Source: an uncultured delta proteobacterium (GTDB lineage Bacteria; Desulfobacterota; Binatia; UBA9968). Taken from it: 64,000 bases of DNA. Made by a program: the position numbers and the translations under genes. The DNA is taken from contig CAVXEP010000013.1 in assembly GCA_963760795.1 (NCBI GenBank), positions 192,001 through 256,000 on the forward strand. Direction: 5' to 3'. Of this stretch, positions 51,713 to 62,555 are shown in pieces; position 1 is the stretch's first letter; each line of letters begins with the position of its first letter. Below the pieces are notes generated by a model, which was given only the letters and a program-made list of their open reading frames with translations, did no database searches and was not told the DNA's origin.

Positions 51713-52134
51713 TGCGCACCTCGTGCTGGAAGCTATCACGCATGCGGCACTTGCGAAAAGTGTTATTTGCGTCAGATACGGAACCAGGTCCGTCACTTTC
51801 TCCGTATGGAATCCGGCGCTTGGTCACACGGTGCCGGCATAGGCACCATCGGAAGAGGCGCGCCGAGGCCTCAGCGCTACTTATTTTCCTACAGCTCCCA
51901 CGTGGTAGGATTTCCGCATGTGCGGCCGATTTCGTGCGCCGCAAACCGAACATCGCCCTTGCTAACTATTCACCAGTCGAATCCTACTCCGCGAAACAGG
52001 TTAGATTTCATCGTTGACGCCACTAACTGCCTGAAGTACAAGTCAGCGGAGCCGCATGGAGTTGTTTCTGCGGTGTAAGCGAACCTGTCTTATGTGTAGT
52101 TTGTTCCCACGACAAATATCCCCGTTTTGAGGCG

Positions 52135-55100
52135 ATGCTTCTAATGGCACCCACGAGAAAAAAGGGTTCAAAGAGTACCAAGGCAAAACCGCTCCGTCCC
52201 GCGAGGCAAACGTTGGTGGCTAAACAAGCGCAGACGATCGCTGAGCTATGCCAGGAACTCGCTCAATCTGTGCAGCGGGAAAATGAGGCTCTGGAGCATC
52301 AGACGGCAACCGCCGAGGTGCTCAGCATCATCAGCCGCTCGCCCACGGACGTGCAGCCGGTGCTCGACGCCATCGTCGAGAGCGCGGCTAAGGTTTGTGG
52401 AATCGATGACGTGGTTCTGCGACTGCGCGAGCGCGACACGATGGCGGTGCGGGCTCATTTCGGCCCCATACCGACTGGGCGCACCTGAGATCAGCGTCGA
52501 TGACGCCACAGTTTCGCTGGATTCGCGAGCATGGCACACTCCACGTTCCCGACGCCAGAGCACCGAACGATTTTCCAGTAGGTGACTTCCGGCCTCTTTC
52601 GTTCGCTCGTTGGCTGTTCCCCTTCGTCAGCAGGGAGAATTTATTGGAGTCACTGAACGCACGTCGTACCGAGGTGCGCCCCTTCACCCCGGCGCAGATC
52701 AAGCTGCTCGAAACTTTCGCCGACCAGGCGGTGATCGCCATCGAGAACGTGCGGCTGTTTCAAGAACTCACTGAAGCGTTGGAACAGCAGACAGCGACGA
52801 GTGAAATCTTGGGCGTCATCGCTAGCTCGCCGACGGATATTCAGCCGGTATTGGATACGGTGGTTGAAAATGCTGTGCGGCTGGCCGGCGCTGAGAAAGG
52901 TCACATTTATCAATATGATGGAGAATTTCTTCGCGTCGTTGCGCAGTTTCAACGAGACCGTTGAAGAAATCGCAGTTATGCGTGACCAACCCATCCGCCC
53001 GTAACCTGGGAGTTTGAACAGTCGAGCGTTCCTCGAGGGACAACATTTCCAACGTCTTGACGCACAAGCGGACGCCAATTATGACGGCCCTGGCCGGCCG
53101 GCCGGTGCACGCTCCGCCCTGGCGGTTCCCCTGCTTCGCGAAGGAACAGCGATCGGAACCATTACAATCTGGCGTGATGTTGTGGAAGCATTTTCTGAGA
53201 GGCAAATTGAGCTGGTCAAAACCTTTGCCGCCCAAGCGGTGATCGCCATCGAGAATGTGCGCTTGTTCAAGGAACTCGGCGAGCGCAACGCGGAACTGCG
53301 CGAGGCGCTGGAGCATCAGACGGCGACGGCCGAGGTGCTCGGCATCATCAGCCGCTCGCCCACCGACGTGCAGCCGGTGCTCGACGCCATCGTCGAGAGC
53401 GCCGCGCGGGTTTGTGGGATCGATGACGTGGTGCTGCGACTCCGCGAGGGGAACAGTCTGGTTCCACGGGCTCATTTTGGTCCCATACCCATCGCCCGCG
53501 TCGAGATCAGTATTGATGAGCCACGATTTTCGCTGGATGCGCGAGCATGGCACGCTCCACATTCCCGACGTCCGCGAGCAGAACGACTTTCCAACGTTGG
53601 GTTCCACCGGCGGCTGGCGCACCTTCTTAGCCGTTCCCCTTCGTCAGCAGGGGGAACTCATTGGAGCACTGAACGCACGTCGCACCGAGGTACGCCCCTT
53701 CACCCCGGCGCAGATCAAACTGCTCGAAACCTTCGCCGACCAGGCGGTGATCGCCATCGAGAACGTGCGGCTGTTTCAAGAACTCAAGGAATCGTTGGAA
53801 CAGCAAACCGCGACGAGCGAGATCTTGGGCGTGATCGCCAGCTCGCCGACGGATATTCAGCCGGTGCTGGACGCCGTTGCCGAAAACGCTGCGCGGCTAT
53901 GCGAGGCAACCGATGCGCAGATCACGCGTGTCGACGGCGATGTCCTCCGTATCGTGGCTTCACATGGCTCGATCGCCGTGCCATCAAGTGCACGAGCGGA
54001 AGGTATCCCGATTCGCCGTGACATCGTTGCGGTCGAGCGGTCCTCGACCGTCGAACTGTTCACGTTGAAGACTCTGGCAGCCGAAATAGATGGCGAGTTC
54101 GCTGGAGCTAAGTATCTTCAGCAGATCACGGGCCAGCGTGCGACGCTTTCGACACCCTTGCTCCGCGAGGGTGTTGCCATAGGCGCGATCGTGATTCGAC
54201 GCATGGAGGTCCGGCCTTTCTCGGAAAAACAGATCAAGCTGCTCGAAACCTTCGCTGCACAAGCGGTGATCGCCATCGAGAACGTGCGCTTGTTCAAGGA
54301 ACTGCGGAGCGCAATGCGGAATTGCGCGAGGCGCTGGAGCATCAGACGGCGACGGCCGAGGTGCTCGGCATCATCAGCCGCTCGCCGACGGACGTGCAGC
54401 CGGTGCTCGACGCCATCGTCGAGAGCGCGGCGCGGGTTTGCGGGATCGATGACGTGGTGCTGCGACTCCGCGAGGGCGACGCTATGGTTGCACGGGCTCA
54501 TTTTGGCCCCATACCGATCGCGCGCATCGAGATCAGTATTGATGAGCCAGCAGTTTCGCTGGATGCGCGAGCATGGCACGCTCCACATTCCCGACGTCCG
54601 CGCCCAGAACGATTTCCCAACGTTAGGTTCCGTCGGCGCTGGCGCACCTTCTTGGCCGCTCCCCTTCGTCAGCAGGGGGAACTCATTGGAGGACTGATCG
54701 CACGTCGCACCGAGGTGCGCCCCTTCACCCCGGCGCAGATCAAACTGCTCGAAACCTTCGCCGACCAGGCGGTGATCGCCATCGAGAACGTGCGGCTGTT
54801 CAAGAACTCACGGAGGCGCTTGGAGCAGCAGACGGCGACGAGTGAGATCTTGGGCGTCATCGCCAGCTCGCCGACGGATATTCAGCCGGTGCTGGACGCG
54901 GTTGCCGAGAGCGCCGCCGCGTCTGTGCGACGCAAACGATGCGCAATTTGGCGTCGTTGACGGAGACATGTGCTTCGGCTGGCGCCTCACATGGATCGAT
55001 GCCTCTCGTCGCGGCCGAGAAGGTCGCCGATTGACTCGCGCTATCGGTGCGCGGTCCGAGCGATGCTCGACCGGCAGACGATTCACATTCCAGACATCTG

Positions 55101-58100
55101 CAGCCCGGACGCGCAAGACGAGATTTCCGGACAGCTCAGGTTCATTGCCAGGCGATCGGCTGTCCGAACCGTGCTTGGCGACGCCGCTGCTTCGCGAAGG
55201 TACGGCGATCGGGGTGATTCATGATCCGCCGAACGGAAGTCCGGCCGTTCACCGACAAGCAGATCGCGCTGCTCAAGACCTTCGCCGACCAAGCGGTGAT
55301 CGCCATCGAGAACGTGCGGCTGTTCAAGGAACTGCAGGAGCGCAACGCGGAATTGCGCGAGGCGCTGGAGCATCAGACGGCGACGGCCGAGGTGCTCGGC
55401 ATCATCAGCCGCTCGCCGACCGACGTGCAGCCGGTGCTCGACGCCATCGTCGAGAGCGCCGCCAGGGTTTGTGGGATCGAATACCTGACACTGCGACTCC
55501 GCGAGGGGAACGTGCTGATTCCGCGGGCTCATTTTGGTTCCATGCCCACCGCCCGCGCCGAGATCAGTGTTGATGAACCACGGTGTCGCTGGATGCGCGA
55601 GCACGGGACGCTTCACGTTCCCGATATCGCGCGCGCAGAACGATTTCACAAGGGCGGGTTACCGACAGCAACTCGAATCGCACCTTTTTGGCCGTTCCCC
55701 TTCGTCAGCAAGGGGAACTCATTGGAACACTGACTGCGCGTCGCACCGAGGTGCGCCCCTTCACCCCGGCGCAGATCAAGCTGCTCGAAACCTTCGCCGA
55801 CCAGGCCGTGATCGCCATCGAGAACGTGCGGCTGTTCAAGTTGCAAGAACTCAACCGGAGCTCAGCTTGGAGCAGCAGACGGCGACGAGTGAAATCCTGG
55901 GTGTGATCGCCAGTTCGCCGACGGACATTCAACCGGTGCTGGATACGCATCGCCGAAAGCGCGTGCGCGTGTGTGCGGCGCGACCGATGCGTCACGATTC
56001 GCCTGCTCGATGGCGAGATGTTCTTCGGGTCGTCGCCCACTATGGCGAGACTGCCGAAGCAAGTACGCCTGGCTGCAGAGCCGACCGGGACGTGTTGGAT
56101 TGCCGACTTCAGGCAATCGCGCATTCAGCGAGCGACAAGCCATCCACGATTGCCGATGCTGCAGGCAGAGCGAGATTCCCGAGCAGTCATTGCCGCACGG
56201 CATGGAGTCGAGACCATGCTTGTCAACGCCGCTGCTGCGCGAGGGCACGGCCATCGGGGTGATCAACATTCGTCGCGACGGAAGTGAAGCCTTTCACCGA
56301 CAAGCAGATCGCGCTTGCTGGAAACCTTCGCCGCCCAAGCGGTGATCGCCATCGAGAACGTGCGGCTGTTCAAGGAACTCGGCGAGCGCAACGCGGAATT
56401 GCGCGAGGCGCTGGAGCATCAGACGGCGACGGCCGAGGTGCTCGGCATCATCAGCCGCTCGCCGACGGACGTGCAGCCGGTGCTCGACGCCATCGTCGAG
56501 AGCGCCGCGCGGGTTTGCGGGATCGATGACGTGGTGCTGCGGCTCCGCGAGGGGAACGCTATGGTTTCGCGGGCTCATTTTGGTCCCATACCCATCAGCC
56601 GCGTCGAGATCAGTATTGATGAGCCACAGTATCGCTGGATGCGCGAGCATGGCACGCTCCACATTCCCGACGTCCGCGCGCAGAACGATTTCCCAACGTT
56701 GGGTTCCGTCAGCCAGTTGTCGCACCTTCTTGGCCGTTCCCCTTCGTCAGCAGGGGGAACTCATTGGAACACTGAACGCACGTCGCACCGAGGTGCGTCC
56801 CTTCACCCCGGCGCAGATCAAACTGCTCGAAACCTTCGCCGACCAGGCGGTCATCGCCATCGAGAACGTGCGGCTGTTTCAAGAACTGCAAGAACGCAAT
56901 CGCGAATCACCGAGCTCTGGAGCAGCAGACGGCGACGAGTGAAATTCTGGGCGTCATCGCCAGCTCGCCGACCGACATTCAGCCGGTGTTGGATGTTGTT
57001 GCGGAGAACGCAGCGCGGCTATGTGACGCGACCGATGCCAACATTTACCGTATTGACGGCGACTGGTTATCGGCTCGTGGCCTCATACGGAGCTATGCCT
57101 ATCCCCGACCGCGATAAACCGAGACCTCTCATTCGGGGTCATGCTCCAGCCAGAGCTATGATCGATCGAGCGGTCGTACACGTCGATGACATGTTGAGCC
57201 TGGAGGCTCAGGCCGAATTTCCTGAAGGCTGGGCTTTCACCCAGGCCGTCGGTCTACGTACTATGCTTAGTCGCACCGTTGCTGCGCGAGGGGGTCGCAA
57301 TCGGTGCGATCTTGATTCGCCGCACGGAAGTTCGCCCATTCATCGGACAAGCAGATTGCGCTTCTCAAAACCTTCGCCGACCAAGCGGTGATCGCCATCG
57401 AGAACGTGCGGCTGTTCCAAGAGCTCAAGGAATCACTGGAGCAGCAGACGGCGACGAGTGAGATTTTGGGTGTCATCGCTAGCTCGCCGACGGACATCCA
57501 ACCCGTGTTGGATGCAGTTGCGGCGAGCGCGGCGAGGCTGTGCGATGCCACGGATGCCACAGTCATTCGGCTCGACGGCGATGTTATGCATCAGGTGGCG
57601 GTCCATGGGTCGATGCCTGTCCCTGGGTCTCGACGAATAACCCACGGCACGCCCGTGGGCCGAGCTCTTATCGATCGAAGCACCATTCATATTCATGACC
57701 TCGTGGCGGAACTCGAAGCCGAATATCCGGAATCGAGGGATCGGCAGGGGCCGATCGGTACGCGCACGATGCTCATCACGCCGATGCTGCGCGAGGGAGC
57801 GCCGATCGGGGCTATCGTCATTCGCCGCATGGAGGTCCGCCCCTTCACGGAGAAGCAGATCAAACTGCTCGAAACTTTTGCCGCTCAGGCCGTCATCGCC
57901 ATCGAGAACGTGCGGTTGTTTCAAGAACTGCAAGAGCGAACCCAAGAGCTGATTAGGTCAGTGGGAGAGCTGAAAGCACTCGGCGAAGTCGGTCAGGCGG
58001 TTAGCTCGACTTTGGATTTCGAAACCGTGCTGACGCGCATCGTTTCCCATGCGGTCCAATTGAGCGGCACCGACGGCGGGGCGATTTACGAATACGACGA

Positions 58101-59203
58101 GCCGTCTGAAGAGTTCCTGCTGCGCGCCACCGATCATATGGAGGAAGAACTGATAACCGCTTTGCGGGCGAATCCCCCGCGTCTTGGCGACGGGTTAGTG
58201 GGGCGCGCGGCATTGGAGCCGGGAGCCGATTCAGATTCCCGATATTTCGCAATCTAGCGCCTACGCGCCGCGCATGCGCCAGATACTCGAACGCTTCGGT
58301 TTTCGTGCCAGCCTGGCCGTTCCCTTGTTACGTGAAGATCGCATCATCGGCGGCTTGGTAGTGCGACGAAAATCGATCGGCGAGTTTCGCCCCGAAGTCA
58401 TCGAGCTTTTGAAAACCTTCGCGACCCAGTCGGTGTTGGCGATCCAAAACGCCCGGCTGTTTCGCGAGATCGAGGAAAAGAGCCAGCAGATCGAAGCCGC
58501 CAACCGCCACAAGTCTGAGTTTCTCGCCAACATGTCGCATGAGCTGCGCACGCCGCTCAACGCCATCATCGGCTTCTCCGAAGTCCTGCAGGAAAGACTG
58601 TTTGGCGAGTTAAATGAAAAACAAGCCGAATACACTGACGACATCCTTACTTCCGGTCGCCATCTGCTGTCCCTCATCAATGAGATTCTCGATCTGTCCA
58701 AAGTCGAAGCCGGGCGCATGGAGCTGGAGACTGCTACGTTCGATCTGCCGTTGGCCATAGACAACGCCCGCACCTTCGTGCGCGAGCGGGCGACAAATCA
58801 TGGGATTACTCTAAATGTCAAAGTTGACGAGCGGCTCGGCGACATCGTCGGCGACGAACGCAAGATCAAGCAGATACTTCTGAATCTCTTATCCAACGCC
58901 GTCAAGTTCACGCCCGAGGGCGGACGGATAACAATTAACGCCAGACCGATTAACGGCGCAGTCGAGATTTCAGTAACCGACACCGGCATCGGCATCGCCG
59001 AAGAGGACCAGCCAAAAGTCTTCGAAGAGTTTCGTCAGGTGGGCAGCGACAACGCGAAAAAGGTCGAAGGCACCGGACTGGGCTTAACGTTGGCGAAGAA
59101 GTTTGTCGAGCTGCACGGTGGAAGGATTTGGGTCGAGAGCGAAGTGGGCAAAGGTTCCACTTTCGTGTTTACCCTGCCGACTGCCATGGCCGCACAGAGT
59201 TAG
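52135..59203 (+). CDS. Giant cytoplasmic sensor histidine kinase: 12 tandem GAF domains + HisKA + HATPase (many apparent frameshifts)
   Basis: Repeated LEH/QQTAT.E.LG.I..SPTD.QPVLD ... [17 protein letters not shown] modules; H box [18 protein letters not shown] box [11 protein letters not shown] boxes DTGIGI and GTGLGL; no TM segment. Confidence 0.85.
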
Positions 59204-59382
59204 CGTTTGAAATTCAAATTCTAGACAGATGTGAGGTTAACACCCGAGGGCGAATCTCGAGAAGGCCAGTCCGTAGATGAAGGATTTACCCTCGGCGCCA
59301 ACGAGCGCTGGGCCGAGATAGGCTGCGGTTTGTTAGGGAGATAGGCCGCCGACTGCGGCGGTGTTTGACGGCTAGAAAATTA

Positions 59383-59411
59383 TTGACAAGTTGGGGTAGC
59401 CGGTGGATATT
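59383..59411 (+). promoter_or_regulatory. Possible sigma70 promoter upstream of the MOSC gene
   Basis: TTGACA-17 nt-GATATT. Confidence 0.4.
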
Positions 59412-59432
59412 CCAACCCGTTCAGATTTCATT

Positions 59433-59504
59433 GGTGGAGCCGTCTTAGGAGATAGGCCGACCGGCAATTGTCGCCGCCTACGGCGGCTCACTTAATAGTT
59501 AGGC
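59433..59504 (+). other. Degenerate attC-like hairpin
   Basis: ggtggagc...gctcact pair with one extra base, 5-nt spacer, GTTAGGC (GTTRRRY) core; the left RYYYAAC box is missing. Confidence 0.35.
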
Positions 59505-59538
59505 TTACTATCGCAAGTGACTACGGAGGATTGAACCA

Positions 59539-60330
59539 ATGCCGCGCGTCGCTGCTCTGTATCGTTATCCTGTGAAGGGCTTCACTCCCGAAGAGTGTGA
59601 CACGTTGACGGTTCTCGACGAAGGGAGAATTGCCGGCGACCGTGTCCTCGGCATACGGTTTGCTGACACCGAAGCGGCCGATGATGCCTGGAGTAAGAAA
59701 ACGGGGATGGTGGCCCTTGTGAATACACCAGGGCTGGCACGTCTGCACATTAGGTTTGAGGAAGAGGCACTTCGGTTACGCATCAGCTTAGCCAGCACCG
59801 TCTTAGTGGATGAGGTACTCAATAATGATGGAAGAAAGCGGCTCGCGGCCGCGGTGGCGGATTATGTGCTCAAGCTCGACGAGAATCCGCTTTCTAGCCA
59901 CCCGGAGCGGCTCCCGCTACGGGTGGTTGGCGACGGCATCACGCCGCGATACCACGACGCCGAAGCAGGTCAGGTGACGCTACACGGCCGTGGGAGTCTC
60001 CAAGTGCTTACGGCTGCGATTGCGAACGCCGAAGTCAGCGAGCTTCGCTTTCGCTCAAACATTGCGGTTGAGAGGCTGGGAGCCTGGGAGGAGCAAAGCT
60101 GGGTGGGACGAAAGGTTCGCATAGGCACGGTCGACTTTGACGTGATAAAGCCCAAGCTCAGGTGCCTTGCTACGCATGCAAATCCTAAGACAGGTGAACG
60201 GGACTTGCCGATTTTGACGACCCTGACCAGGGTTTTTGGGCAGGAGCAGCCAACGTTTGCAGTGGCAATGGTTCCTAGTCACGGCGGCGGACAAATTCAC
60301 GCCGGCGATGAAGTCAGCCTCGTTGATTAA
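59539..60330 (+). CDS. MOSC domain-containing protein
   Basis: LYRYPVKG, GDR, RFRSNI, RCLATHANP..GERD with the conserved Cys; GGAGG RBS. Confidence 0.9.
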   Translation: MPRVAALYRYPVKGFTPEECDTLTVLDEGRIAGDRVLGIRFADTEAADDAWSKKTGMVALVNTPGLARLHIRFEEEALRLRISLASTVLVDEVLNNDGRKRLAAAVADYVLKLDENPLSSHPERLPLRVVGDGITPRYHDAEAGQVTLHGRGSLQVLTAAIANAEVSELRFRSNIAVERLGAWEEQSWVGRKVRIGTVDFDVIKPKLRCLATHANPKTGERDLPILTTLTRVFGQEQPTFAVAMVPSHGGGQIHAGDEVSLVD

Positions 60331-60351
60331 AGACAGGTTAAGGCCAGATGG

Positions 60352-60594
60352 GTGGGACTAAAGGATTGTGCCAGGTTTCTATCAGTCCATTTTTGCCTAA
60401 CCATTCGCTTTAGACCGCTAACGACGCTGAATGTAAACCGCTTCGACTTGGAGAACCGCGAGATAGCCGAGTTCATCGGTCTGGAACTCGCTAGGCTGAT
60501 TGTTGACACTTGCTATCCTGAACTTCTGCGCGAGCGGGAGGAAACGGAGAGAGTTATTGAACGGCAAACCTTGAAATCGCCTTATCGACGTTAA
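60352..60594 (+). CDS. Short hypothetical ORF or gene remnant
   Basis: The C-terminal half (FDLENREIAEFIGLELARLIVDTCYPELL) looks protein-like; start unclear. Confidence 0.3.
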   Translation: MGLKDCARFLSVHFCLTIRFRPLTTLNVNRFDLENREIAEFIGLELARLIVDTCYPELLREREETERVIERQTLKSPYRR

Positions 60595-60609
60595 TCATTC
60601 CGGATAAGG

Positions 60610-61602
60610 GTGACCCCCGTGCACAAAAAAATCACCATATTGGTTCTCTGCGCTCTGCTCCTTGCTCCCTGTTTCCCCGCCCAAGCACAGCAGCCAACGA
60701 AAATCCCGCGGATAGGATTTCTAGCTGCTAACTCCCTTTCCTCCCTCTCGGCCCGCATTGAGGCATTCCGGCAAGGTCTGCGCGCACTTGGGTATGTGGA
60801 GGGGAAAAACATTGTCATTGAGTATCGATATGCAGAGGGAAATGCCGAGCGTCTCCCCGCGCTGGCGACCGAATTAGTGCAGCTAAATGTCGACATCATC
60901 GTCACGGCTGGCTCGGCATCGACCCGTCCCGCCAAGGAAGTAACTCGAATTATTCCCATTGTCATGGCGGCGGATAGCGATCCTGTTGGGACCGGTTTCG
61001 TCGTCAGTCTTGCGAGACCTGGGGGAAATATTACTGGATTGTCCAACCTCGCCCCGGAGATCAGCGGGAAACGACTGGAGCTTCTAAAAGAAACCGTTTC
61101 TAAACTCTCCCGCGTAGGCGTCTTCGGACAGTCGAGCACACCCGGTACCGCGCCAGCGTTGAGAGAGACGGAACTCGCTGCGGCGGCACTCAAGGTGCAA
61201 CTTCAATTCCTAGAGGTACGAGATCCCAAAGATATTGAGAATGCATTCCGAAGCGCAAGCAAGTGGCGCGCGGGGGGAGTCATCCTCTTGTCGAACCCGG
61301 TCTTCACTTCTCAGGGAAAACTACTTGCAGACCTCGCGGTAAAGAGCCGGCTGCCGGCTATATCTCAAATTAGTGAATTTGTGGATGACGGAGGGCTGAT
61401 GAGCTATGGCGTGAGCGTTGTCGACTTATACCGGCGTGCCGCCACTTATGTGGACAAGATTTTGAAAGGCCGAAAGCCCGTAGACCTTCCCGTGGAGCAG
61501 CCGATCAAGTTCGAGTTCATCATCAGCCTGAAGGCAGCGAAGCAGATCGGCCTGACGATTCCTCCCAATGTGTTGGTGCGGGCGGATCGGGTTATCAAAT
61601 GA
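60610..61602 (+). CDS. ABC_sub_bind-family substrate-binding protein (intact)
   Basis: Signal LVLCALLLAPCFP, PRIGFL, SLARPGGNITG, GGLMSYG, DLPVEQP. Confidence 0.9.
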   Translation: MTPVHKKITILVLCALLLAPCFPAQAQQPTKIPRIGFLAANSLSSLSARIEAFRQGLRALGYVEGKNIVIEYRYAEGNAERLPALATELVQLNVDIIVTAGSASTRPAKEVTRIIPIVMAADSDPVGTGFVVSLARPGGNITGLSNLAPEISGKRLELLKETVSKLSRVGVFGQSSTPGTAPALRETELAAAALKVQLQFLEVRDPKDIENAFRSASKWRAGGVILLSNPVFTSQGKLLADLAVKSRLPAISQISEFVDDGGLMSYGVSVVDLYRRAATYVDKILKGRKPVDLPVEQPIKFEFIISLKAAKQIGLTIPPNVLVRADRVIK

Positions 61603-61748
61603 CCCCGTCTTCAAAGCAGGAGTCCGCGACGATTTCCGGTAAGCATCAGGCGCCATCCCCCCGCTGAATGTGCTGACGGTAGAGGGTAATTTGATTAACA
61701 ATCCAAGACGCATAGGGCGAAAAGCAAAGGGTAAGATACGGAAGAAAT

Positions 61749-62342
61749 ATGAGAAACAACATGGTGCGTCTCACGCTTGTCGCTCTGCTCTTCGCGCTTA
61801 GCTTTTCCGCCGACGCCCAGCAGCCGGCGGGAACTCCCCGGATAGGAACCCTGGCCGCGGCCTCCGCGACCCCGGATCTAGGTGGCAAACGGTTGGAACT
61901 GCTCAAGGAAGTCTTCCCTAATCTTGACCGGGTGGCTTTCCTCTGGGAACCGGGTACTCCGAGAGGAAACGAGCCCCTCACAGATATGGAGGCTGCGGCC
62001 AAGGCGTTACGACTCACACTTATATCGATCGAGGTGCGAAGTGTTGGCGATTTTGAGGACGCATTTGCGCGAGTGAGAAAGGAACGCGCCCAGGCGCTCA
62101 TTATGAACCCAGGTCCACTTTTCAATACTCAGCAACGCCAAATCTTGGACTTCGCGGCAAAGAACCGGTTGCTGGCGATGTACCCAACCAGTGAATTTGT
62201 TGAGGCCGGCGGCTTGATGAGCTACGCGCCGATCGAGCAGCCGATAAAGTTTGAGTTCATCGTCAATCTGAAAGCGGCGAAGCAGATCGGCCTGACGGTT
62301 CCCTCGAATGTGCTGGCGCGGGCGGATAGGGTGATCAAATAA
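61749..62342 (+). CDS. Internally deleted ABC_sub_bind protein (two in-frame deletions)
   Basis: 197 aa; relative to 60610..61602 it lacks about 104 aa after PRIG.L and about 26 aa after GGLMSY; signal peptide and C terminus intact. Confidence 0.75.
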   Translation: MRNNMVRLTLVALLFALSFSADAQQPAGTPRIGTLAAASATPDLGGKRLELLKEVFPNLDRVAFLWEPGTPRGNEPLTDMEAAAKALRLTLISIEVRSVGDFEDAFARVRKERAQALIMNPGPLFNTQQRQILDFAAKNRLLAMYPTSEFVEAGGLMSYAPIEQPIKFEFIVNLKAAKQIGLTVPSNVLARADRVIK

Positions 62343-62555
62343 GCACGCGGCGATGCTAGGAGTGAACTGAATTTTCCATCTAACAAATCCTGTGAAAATT
62401 GCCTGTGGCGTCTTACAATTCAATCCTGCGGCATTCCGCGCGTTGCGACTCTTCAATTTAGTCCAACACGCTCGTTTTAGCGCTTTCCCGCAACTTGATT
62501 GTTTCCAAGCTTTGGGGATAAAACGCTTCACGATAGGCTGCTTTTGAGGCCGAGC

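Noticed and set aside
52135-58280. GAF repeats as a CRISPR array or diversity-generating retroelement
   Set aside because: Repeats are coding and about 0.5-1 kb in period; no cas or reverse transcriptase gene is in the window; differences include many non-adenine and synonymous changes
62370-62530. Further attC sites (ATCTAAC near 62378, GTCCAAC at 62461)
   Set aside because: No matching GTTRRRY core or paired L boxes downstream
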